Made by a program: the position numbers and the translations under genes. A DNA stretch of 62,415 nucleotides, counting the filler, from Kipferlia bialata (Eukaryota), in the NCBI GenBank assembly GCA_003568945.1. It is 5 parts of 5 records of this genome, joined end to end, with 100 filler letters (N's around TTAATTAATTAA, not from the genome) between each part and the next. Parts side by side here need not be neighbours in the genome. Positions count along the whole stretch, not along the records: positions 13,535 to 26,946 come from BDIP01000947.1; positions 27,047 to 40,441 come from BDIP01000949.1; 3 more parts are not named here. The stretch is one strand, 5' to 3'. The notes under the pieces were generated by a model. It was not told where the DNA came from and made no database searches. It saw only the letters and a list, made by a program, of their open reading frames with translations. Positions 26,249-37,447 of this stretch are shown here, in pieces (positions within the stretch are counted from its first letter, which is position 1; each line of letters starts with the position of its first letter).

Positions 26249-26900
26249 TAAGGAGGTCACAGTTGCCTGTACTACTCAGTAACCGGCTAGCAAATGACCC
26301 AGAGTGGTAATAGAAGGACTTTAGCACCTATGGGAGCAGTGGCCAGCGCCACAGGTGCAGGTAGAGAGTGGCTTGACTATCATATGTCAGTAGTACATAC
26401 ATCTTCTTCCCACTGCACCCCTTTGTTTTTGTATCCTGTTTTTGCTCATTTGACAAAAAGGGTTTGCTTTCTCTATACCCAATCCCAATACCTCTCTTCA
26501 CTTCAGCTAGGGGCCTATATGGGTCCTGAGGCTGACTTCGAGCCCGAGTTAGGAGAGCTCTCGGTGTCCACGGAGATGTCGGAGAGTGTGGGGGATGAGA
26601 TAGGTGTGTGGGATGCCCCCAAGGGTGTGTTCTATATATGTATCTGGATACACTGTGACCATATGTTGGATATTGGGGAGTCTATCCATTCATATGTGAT
26701 CCAATTTGTCTCACATATGTATTTGGTTATACATAATGGGTTTGTGGATCCTTGAAGCGTATTTCCGGGGCAATACTGTTTCAGTGTAGCCTTCGCAGAT
26801 TCATATGATACCGTGCTCTCTCGCCACTATATATTTGGAGAGCTTAACATTTTTCTTATAACTTCCTCGTGATCACTTGGCCTTCTATGCCCTCTCTCTC

Positions 26901-26946
<46 letters not shown>

Positions 26947-27046
26947 NNNNNNNNNNNNNNNNNNNNNNNNNNNNNNNNNNNNNNNNNNNNTTAATTAATT
27001 AANNNNNNNNNNNNNNNNNNNNNNNNNNNNNNNNNNNNNNNNNNNN
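26947..27046. other. Artificial contig-joining linker
   Basis: 44 N + TTAATTAATTAA + 44 N. Confidence 0.97.
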
Positions 27047-27167
27047 AAAAAAGACTAAAGCAGCAACCCCCCCCCCCCCCCCCCCCCAATCATAGTACAG
27101 GGTTGGTTCCTATGTACGCTGCTTTCGATAGACATGACATCTAGATATGGTGTATGCCTCACTTCAG

Positions 27168-30100
27168 GGTGATCTTGTGTTGGAGGAGGCACCTCTGCTG
27201 CGGGTGAAGAGGTGAGAGTGCTCTACCCACAAGATTCGACGTGACTATCATTGTAGTATGAATATCTATGCTCTCCTTTCATTCTCACAACCAGCACAGA
27301 TGAGACCATCCAGGCCCCCTTCTCTCTGCTGACAGAGAGGGAGCAGGGGCTGTACATGGAACTGGAGGACGTGCACAGGTGCTGCACTCCCAACTCTATT
27401 CACTACTCAGTTCTGCTATCCGTTGTATGTCAACATTAATAGTATTTACAACTTCTCTCTCTCTCTATATATATATGTTATGCCGAAAGTCACTCTTCGC
27501 GAGCTCTATGTCAGGATGCAGTTTCGTATCAGATCTCTCTTCTCACTCTCAGGGCAAGTGGCGGACCCAAGACCCCTGAGGGCATATGGAAGACCAATGC
27601 ATACTCAGCCCTTGATGGAAACTCACATGTGTTCCACATCATATCTAGGTACATACCCAGTCAGTGTGTGACTACTGTTATGATACTCCTCTCTACTACT
27701 TCTCCTTCTGTGCTAATCTGTTATCACCTCGTGTCCTCTCCCTCTTTCCCCCAGGTTCAACCACTCCTGTGCCCCTAACCTCATGATGAGCTACCCAGAG
27801 GACGGGAAGGTGCGATGTATGGGCTATACTGTCTACTATTCTTTCCCTTTCTCTCTCATATATATCTCCCCTCACCCCCAGCACCTGTGCATGTGCCGCA
27901 TGGCTGTGGACGTGTGTGAGGGGGAGGAGCTCACACTCTGCTATGCCGACCCATGGTATGGCATCCATCTCATTCCTGTGATCTAATTTCATACTTCATA
28001 CTTCAATCCAGTATTTGCCACACATGCGTTCATGTAAGGTATCTAACTGAACAGGGAGTGTCGTGCCGACCGCCAGTCCACCCTATCTCGCTATGAGTTC
28101 ACATGTGGATGTCAGGTCAGGGGGGAGTATATACATCAAACCTTTTGCTTTCATAGTGATCCCCCTTGCCCCCCCCCCCTTCCCTCACCCCCAGGTGTGC
28201 TCCCTGTCAGGTGATGCCCATGTCCACAGTGACACAATGAGAGAGAGGGCAGGCGTCATCAAGGGGATGGTACGGAGGTGGCATAGTACTTCACTGACAG
28301 ATACCGGTCTGGTTTATTGGTATCGACTCACCCCCAGCTTGGAGAGGGTCTGTCCAGGCGACTCAGCATGACGTCCCCCCAGGAGCTCCTAGACGAGGTG
28401 GAGGAGGTGGGTCATATAGTATTGTATCTCATTACTAGATAGTCTCACGGTCATCTTCAACTAACGTCTAGTACCTCGAGATATACCGCACTGAGCTTGG
28501 ATGTGACCCCGCCATGCCCTTCGTGTGAGTGGCTGTCCTATAGCGATTCATGGGCACTATATGGTGTTTCCTGTTCATCAATTGTGTCGATGTAGTGATT
28601 CATCAGTTGTGCACCTATATTTGGACTCCATGACTCTATATCTCACCTCAGGCTTGAGCGTGCCTTGGTGACTGCTCTTCTGTGTGGAGAGCCAGAGTGG
28701 GCACAGAAGTATGCAGACGAGGCACTAAGGGTGAAGGTGTGAGTTACTAAACAGTTCTGTCGTCTATTGTAACCTTATTGTAATAATGGGAACGTCCCCT
28801 CGACGTGATACCTCTATTCTCATGTCCAGCTGTTGTGTGAGGGAGATCACCCCGGTGTCCAGAGGTACCGGAGATACGCTGAGGTATGCATAGTTAGATA
28901 TTTTTTAGATATTTCTATATCACCAAGGATACCTCTCATCTAGTTCTTCTATCCCACCGCAGTGTCCTTCCACCCACCCTGGTGCTCTCACGATGGGGGT
29001 AGGGCCTAGCGATGACAGGTACCGGTAACACACATACATTTCTATCAAACATTCTATTATTGTATAAGTGGTATGTATTTGGCTAACCCTAGTATTAGTA
29101 GAGTTCATTCGGCCAATCCACGTGAAGTTGTGGACACTCCAACAGACAACCCCTTTGAAATTGTCACTATAGAGGATGACCGACTGGGAGTAGTGGCTAC
29201 CAGAGACATTGTCAGGGTGGGGTACTGCTATACATAACAAACTATAGTGTAGTGATATGGTCGTCATAGATCGGTGTCCATTACTGACTACCTAGGGAGA
29301 GTTGATTCTGGAGGAGGCACCTGTTCTGTCCCTTTCTAGTGTGGCATGTAGACTGGGAAAGAACTCAGGAGCTAGGTGAGTCGCCTATCACTACACCGGA
29401 GAGGTCTATGTGTTCTAAAGAGAACCCCATATCCTATTGCACTAACCTCCAGCATTGGTTCACTCATCCTGGAGCGTCTGTCCTACAATGTGTCAGCTGA
29501 TAAGAGAGATGGGTTCTGGGGCCTTAGGAGGGACATCAGGTGCATGAGTCTTCATGATTACGCGGCATTACTTGTCAAGTCCTGTATAATTATGTATATT
29601 GTCTTCTATTCTGTGTCCTTACCGCCAACCCCAGTCCCATCGGCACCGCTGATGCAGCTGAGAGTGTGTATGAGTGCAACAGGATGGCTGGGGACGGCCA
29701 GAGTCAGAACATATACCTGCTCGGCTCAAGGTGAGTTGTTATATGCTGTGGACTGCTCTTCATACTCAGTACGCATCTATGTGCACCTTACCAACTCTTG
29801 ATACCAGGTTCAATCACAGCTGTCTCCCCAATGTGATCAACCTGGACATGTCTAAGGAGGTATCAAACTCTACACGTATATATCACTATATGTATCACAC
29901 TGTGGTCACCGTACACTTGATTGAGAGTGATATTGAGCGGTATAGTGAGGGATATATAGTGAATCATCTGTCTGACCGCCCAGCACCACATGTCGTTCCG
30001 AGCCCTAAGAGATATAGAGGAGGGAGAGGAACTGACAGTGTGCTACTTTGACAGTCGTGGGAACCTCACGTACGTACTTGAACTATTCTATGTCCATAAC

Positions 30101-31436
30101 GTGTTATGGTTTCTTTCTGCCCTGATGTCAGTATGGATCAACACGAGAGAGAGTCCAAGCTGATGGAACTGCGTGGCGTCAGGTACGCATCTCACCCATG
30201 ATATATCTCCCATTCACACTGTGTCAATATCATGCTCTGTCTCACTCAGCGGGTGTGGGTGTGAGCTGTGCTCTCTGTCTGGGTCTGCCCTGAAGAGGAG
30301 TGCCAAGAAGAGACTGCACATGCAGGCAATATACGACAGTATGGGTAACCGAGACCAAGAGCAGCTGGCCAAGCTCCAGGAGGTATGGAGAGGTGTCAAT
30401 CTCTGCAGCGAATGACAACACACCTAGTTGATAGGAGTGGTAGTGTACTGGCCTACTAGGGCCTTCATGGGTCTAACCTCAGCTGATTGCCTTCATCGAG
30501 GAGGATATGCAGAATCCTCACCAGGCCTTTGAAATGTAAGTGAATTGTTATGCAATTGATAAGTGACTGTGAAGTGAATGTATGTAGCTATCACATGTGT
30601 TATTATTCTTACCCCAGCCATCACCGGGCCATGTTGGTGTCTCTGGACAGCGAGCCAGATGCTGACTCTGCAAGATTCCACGCGACACAGGCGCTGAGGT
30701 GCAAGGTGAGCTATATTACAGACTGTCAGGTTGGAAGAACCGCCACCTTCTGCTATGGTCTTTGTGCAATCCCAAAGCTGTACTGAGTGTTACTCTCTGA
30801 CTTCCAGATGCTGTGCGAGGGAGACCACGCTGGTCTACACGCCTACAAGAGATGGGCAGAGGTATGTTGGAGACGTGTCATTAGTTCTCAGCCAGTACTT
30901 GTTCCTTTTGGGGAGTCAGACTCTGTCTATTGTGTCACTATTGAATACATACCCAGTGTTCTCACCCAGTGTCCATCCCTTGCCCATCCTACACTGCCGT
31001 CGGAGACAGATGCTAAGGTACTGAGCATCCATGCTGTGGATAGTTGTCTTACATATCAAGTGGACTCATGAAGACCCCTTTCCCCCACCCCCAGCCACTG
31101 GACTTCCCGTATGTTAGTAGGGACCCTGAGGTATCCTTTGCCCATGCGCTGAGACAGCATGAGGAGGAGGTAGAGGAGAGGGAGAGAGAGGAGAGAGAGG
31201 CTAGGGCCATGGAGCAGCCGAGGTGTGTAATATCTCACTATGTGTGCCTCAGTGTTTCTGATTATAATATGAACTATCGTATGCAGTCTAACACTAGTAA
31301 GAAGGGCGGAAAGGGTCGGAAGAGAGGTCAGAAGAAGGGAAAGAAGAAGGGAAGAGAGGAAGAGGAGACTCTGACGAAAACTAGTAATATGAGTGTTTAT
31401 AGAACCATGTCAATGTGCAAGTATATATGTGTTTAA
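27168..31436 (+). CDS. Protein lysine methyltransferase with two tandem SMYD/Set5-like SET modules, 5'-partial; frame of the last exon uncertain
   Basis: Module 1: GDLVLEEAPL...IWKTNAY...ISR|FNHSCAPN...GEELTLCY...YEFTCGCQ|VC...LLCEGDHPG. Module 2: LGVVATRDIVR|GELILEEAPV...GSR|FNHSCLPN...ALRDIEEGEELTVCY...CGCELC...MLCEGDHAG. Linker exons splice in frame with no stop. Confidence 0.85.
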
Positions 31437-31834
31437 CAGACCTTGGCACTACATCATCATAGAATAGAGTTAACGTTCTATTGTTGATACGCAAGTTAGT
31501 AGGGAAAGAATCTCTCAGTACATAGACTGAGGAAGAAAGACAATGTTCCAACTGAACATTATACATACACAAAACCACTATAACAGGTGGGTAACTCACA
31601 ATCATCTCATAGGATGTGACACACCACCGGTTGTCTCCGCCTCACACTGCTATATCAGTACCATGAGGCGGGATGACAAGTAATACTAGTAAATATGATA
31701 GGAATAGGATAGGGACTGCCGCATTGCAGTCCCTCAGTCCTATTAGGAATCTCACGTAGGAGTACAGGAGTATCCCCGTCAAACAGCACTGCCACTACTA
31801 TTGGCAGCGCCTGACAGGGAGGGACGGAGCGGAG

Positions 31835-34800
31835 CTAGCTGTGTATGACGCTGACTAGCACCACTCCGTTAACCTTGCTGTGTGTGGTGTCTACCACACG
31901 TACATGGAGGCAGTCGCCCACTGTCCCAACCTCATCCATAACCTTGGGAGATGGAACAGGGAGGTAGGAGGTAGGAGTGACTGGGACACTATCGAGGGAT
32001 GCCTCGGCTAGATGGTGGACATGGGACTTAGGGGAGGGGGAGTGGCCGAGGATGAGACTAGGTGTTGCTGGAGGCGTCTCGATCCCATCCACCTCCGTCT
32101 CCTCCCCTCTTTGGCTGTGGCAATCGGTGAGCAGGCCGATGTACTCGTCGTGTATGGCCTCAAACTCAAGAGAGGCCTCTGTAGGGGGCAGGGCCTCGTG
32201 AGACGTGTGGAGAGGAGGACTGGAGGGAGGGACGGCAGACACTACGCGGTCACCCCAGATGTAGCGCTGATGTGAGAAAGTAGTAACCTCCTCGTACAAG
32301 TATAGAGTGCCGACTGACAAGAGTATACCTGGTTGCTCTTGAGGAGTGCGTGTGAGTGCTTGCACACTGTGACGTGCCCCACAGGGGACACACCCTCCAG
32401 GGTGCGGGCATGGGTGGGGGCAAGGCCAAACACCTCGTAGCACACACGGGTGCGACCCAATACACCTGGGGGTAAGAAGGAACGGTGGGAAATGAGTTGT
32501 GCATTGGTCCAAAAGAAAACACCCACCTGCGAAGCCGGGCCCTATGGCCAGTCCGCATCTGACAGAGAGATCAGCCTCGACTGTCTCAAATACATCCAAG
32601 GCACACTGCAGCATCTCATGGGTGGCCTAGGGGGTGAGGGGGAGTGAGGGAGAATGGCCCGGTACATATGTATGTAGATAGACAGATGGAGAGTCCACCC
32701 ACCTGGGTCATGGCCGACACGGCACAGGCAACATCCTGGACAGTGCTGTGATGCAGCTCCGAGACACGGAAGGGACGCATCAACTCATAGGCATCACCGA
32801 CAGTCTTGATCTAGGAGTCAACGGTGAGGGGGGGGGGGGAGGGGGCAATATATCAATACATAATGCATCACTGCTACTACCGACACTGAGAGACTACCCG
32901 CCTACCTTTGTGACGCCTGAACCCTGGTACTTGTCCACTATACCATCGAAGGCCATGAACAACATGTTGAGCTGGTGTCAGTATCAGTATCAGTCCTATT
33001 ATACCTGATACATACATATTATCTCACTATACTGATACTGATACTGATACCGAGGCCAGGAACAGCAATATCCCGTAATATACATATCAATATCCTCACC
33101 AGAGACACCACATCGGCCCCGTTCACCGAGCAGTAGTGGGTGAATCCAACGATGTCCAGCTTGGAGTAGACGCACAGAGGCAGGAACTGGGGTGAGTATA
33201 TGGTGAGTATGTGTAGCTGTCAGTATCCATTGGAGACTAAGCGAGTAGTGCCCCTACCTCGATGCCGTTCTGCTGCATGATCCGGTGCTCACTAGGGGAT
33301 GCCAGGTGGGTAAGCACTCGGTCCTCCTCCTCTGCCGCAGCGTCTGGGAACAGTACCACCACATCATCAGCCCCAGCGAGAGAGACACCAGGTGGAGTGG
33401 AGTGGGGAGGGCTGCCGCTGGGCGAGGTGCATGGTGACCCCAGGGGTGTGATGCAGGGTGTGATGCAGGGGGTGTCGCCAGAGGGTGCCATCTGCCTGCC
33501 ATAGAGTGCGGCATACATGCTGGTGATGTATGCGTGCATCTGGGCCCGACAGAGTGGGGCCATGTCCTCAGACACAACGGGACTGTTCCCCCTCTCTACA
33601 CCCTCAAAATGGGACCAGACCATGGCTATCAGGCAGGTGCGGTCGATGGCAACCTGGCGTCAGAGAGGACACTGCATCTACAACATGTAGGCCTACACAT
33701 ATGATACACCATGCAGTAGCTAGATACCTTTGCCTCGGGGCATGTTCTGATCCGGGCCTTGATCTGGCTGGTCATGCGGGTGGTGAGGGGGGGTAGTACC
33801 CTCTCCACTATGCCAGACATCATTGGGTCCAACAACCTGTTGAAGTATGCGCCACTAGCAACCCTGGATACAAGGACCTGGGGGTGAGAGGGAGGGAGAG
33901 TAAGAGAGAGAGAGAGAGACTGATACAACAAGGACCTGAGGGTGAGAGGGGAGGGGGGGAGATGGGGGATGGGCGCAGAAAAATATGCACCTTAACAATC
34001 AGAGAGGTAGAGATACATGCCATACATAGACTGGTAGAGAGTCCGTTGTTATCTACCATCTCTACTATGAACTGGATGCCATGATAAATCACTATATGAT
34101 CACACATGTATACATACATACATACATATATCACCTTTGCTGCCACTGTCTCCACTATGAATCTGATGTTGAGGAAGAAGGATACCACTTGGGTGATGGC
34201 CTGCAGAGAGGCAAAGAGAACCACGAGGTTGCAGGCCCCGAAGAGCAGCGAGGACTCGATAGACACGGTGTACAGTACAGCTGAGGTGAGGACTCACATG
34301 GGTCATGTATACAGGACAGAGCCCAAAGGTATAGGGTGGAGCAACGACTAAGACATATTGGTATGTACCCCTCTTCCGACAGAGGCGATACCTGATGCTG
34401 GCAGGTAGTAGCACACACTGAAGAGCAGCACAGGAAGGGCAACAGTAGCGGGGAGGGCAAACAGGGTGATGTATGCCTCGAGGGTAATGAGGAATGGACA
34501 CACACTCATGAGGGCGTCCAGCATAGTGTGGATAACCTCGGTAGACGGGTCTAACTGGGGTGGGAACATTGTATACATGCTTGGGAGTGTAAGAGATGCT
34601 ACAATCAGGCTATTGACAGGACCGACCACACTCATATCTGAGACCGTACCTCTACGTGGGCCAGTATATAGGCCGCAGTGTACACCACTCCTGCCAGACC
34701 CAGCACCACGACTAGCTGGCAGCACCCATTCACAACACGCCCGTTTAGGTACGACCTCTGAGGGTGAGGTATAGCTGGTCGGACTGACTCTACTGGGGCG

Positions 34801-37098
34801 ATCACAGCTCCACTTACCATCCATCTCTCGTAAGGCCACTTTCTCTGACGTCCTGTTCCGTCAACGCCTAGTGCCCTGGTCGTCAGTACTATTAATATGG
34901 GTAAGCTTGCATAGAATGTATGGCGAGGCATATAGTCACCAGTGATGGCACCACGGACCTCAGTATGGACGCACAGCACGAGTGGATGCCAGCCCCATAG
35001 GTCAAGAGATGCGTCCCTATCCTGAGGACTGATACCACAGCCACCAGCCTGGCACTGTGCTTGAGGCCTATGAAGTTCCACCTGACACTCTCCAAGAATG
35101 GATACCGGGCAAAATCCACCCTGGGTTGAGAATATAGCCAAAGTGAACACGAAATAACAAGAAGCGTCATGATAGACATCCATTCACCTATTGGAAATGT
35201 CATAAGCGAAGAATGAGCACATGAATGCCTGGAGACAGAGGAAGAAGAGCCCAACACCCTTCTGGCTCTCAGTCTGAGGTCAACATGAGACAGTGAAATA
35301 GAAGGATACAGCAACACTGTCTCCAATTGGAAGAGTCAACCACAAAATCTTCAACAATCATACATATACCTTGTGCATGGAAAAGATGCTCAAGAGCGGG
35401 TTCCGTGCATAGTCGGCGGTGAAACACAGCCTGCGATGAGGTGAAATGACATGTAGGATGGAAGCCATACTGGGACTCCCAATATAGAACAATCGGAAAT
35501 GCTATACAGGGATGCCTATGTGTGAGGCTACCTGCTGATCTGGGGGATTGCCTTGAGCAGCAGCATGAGAGTATCCGTCTTGGACATCCTGTCAGGGGAG
35601 GGTGCAGCAGCGGCAGGACGCTGCACGGTTGGTGACTCGGGCCCACCCTCTCTCTGGGGTAGGCTAGGGCCTCTGACGTGTCTTGGCTTGGCCTCCAATG
35701 CCGAGGTCACACCACGCAGGCCATCAGCGAGCCTACGGTTAGAGAGAGCCAGGATACTCGGCAGATCAGATGCCAATATATATATCATGACTGCACATGC
35801 ACAATAGGGATAGTCACCTGTAGAGCGGGGAGTCCTCGGGGATACATGAAGACAGCCTCTCAAGAGCCTCTACCAGTGTTCTGTCGACTCTGGCCACCCT
35901 CTCCGACACGCTAAGGTGGCCAACGGTAGGCGTTGGGGCAAGAATACCACCACACCCACTGCTCTCTGATGCCTCGGGTTCAGACACACACACACACTTC
36001 ATACCGGACCCAGATATCCCAGAGCCTGCGGAGTCACACACTGTGAGTGGGTGGAGGGTGGGGCCAGTCTCGGGGGGCTGCAGGGAGGATAGGGACGACG
36101 AGTCCTCCCCGTCCACTGAGTCTAGGGACCCAGAGTAGTTGGGGATGCCGGCATAGAAGGCTGAGTCCGACTCAGAGTCTGATGTCCCCTCACCGCAAGG
36201 CAGCACATGCTCATACATGTCAATAGACACCTGCCGCACAGGGAGGTGGTGGTAGGAGGCAGGGCAGACACCCTCCTCAGGGGCACTGTCATGGTCATGG
36301 TCATGGGCGTCCCTCTCCAGAGGCAGACTCCCCATCGACTGCACCCTCAGCGTATGGGGCACAGAGGTGGTACGGACAGGAGACTCAAGGGGAGAGGGGT
36401 CGGAGGACTCGTCCTCGACATGGACAGGCCCCTCATGCACCGGGGCCATCTCACTGGGGGCACTGTACGCACCATTGGTACCACTAGGACCCTTAGTCCC
36501 GTGTGGGACACTGTCTCTGGCACCTCTGCAGGTATCGATGTCTCTGAGGGAGCTGTAGGGGCACTTCCCACCCCTGAAGTCAGCTAGACACGCATCCAAG
36601 TATATCATATAGTACACCATCTGCAGTGATACCGCATTATACATAAGTGGTCCCACCTGCTTGAGTCTGTGTACTGCCTGCTGTGCAGCCTGGCCACAGA
36701 GTGTATGCGGGCCTTGTCCTTGGGTAGGAGGAGGGGGGCCTCGAAGCTGGAGTGAGCAGAATGCACATGAACACATACACACACAGATAAGGGCACCTGG
36801 CGTTGATGACGTCCCAGGGTGAGTGCAGGATGGCTGCCACGGTCGTTATGCCAGTTGTGGATGCCTCCCTACCGCTGGAGGTGGAGGTCGAGCGCTCAGG
36901 TTCGCAGCAACAGCTGTCGCCTGGGTCAAGTGCCACGTGCATGGAGGCATCCACTCCCTCGGGCACCATCAGCTGGAGTGAGAGGACAGGTATGAATGGG
37001 GAGAGGTGTGGAAGATAATGAGCTCGCTAAGGGGAGGGGGGGGGGGGGGCATCCTTCAAAACCCATGCCATCGGGGGGGGGCGGGGGGGTGGGGGGGT

Positions 37099-37129
<31 letters not shown>

Positions 37130-37441
37130 TACCACTTGGGCAACAGGCTCCGCCACTATATAGTAATACTAGGTCTCGCTACACCCACTACAATACACAG
37201 CAATGTATATATACATGGTGTCGTATATGAATGGTACCTAATAGTGCACACCAGAGCACCCCTCTCATGTTCATGGACCCCCCCTCCCCTCACAATCACA
37301 GTACAACCACTGTATAGACTCAGTGGATGCTGCTGGGGGAGTACAGACTCTGCAGGGTGGGGGTATGCTCTATTGTGCTATGAATAGTGAAACCGGAAGG
37401 CGGTACCTGAACCCTTTTGTAGTTTTTGAATGTGAAGACAT
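31835..37441 (-). CDS. Membrane-anchored class III adenylyl/guanylyl cyclase-domain protein, multi-exon
   Basis: Probable start MSSHSKTTKGFR at 37441; Ser/Pro-rich N-terminal region; hydrophobic segments ~34150-35200; cyclase domain ~33186-32335 with KLDIVGFT, LNMLFMAFDGIVDKY, TK|IKTVGDAYE, VRCGLAIGPGFAG|VLGRTRVCYEVFG; stop at 31835. Confidence 0.8.
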
Positions 37442-37447
37442 CACGGA

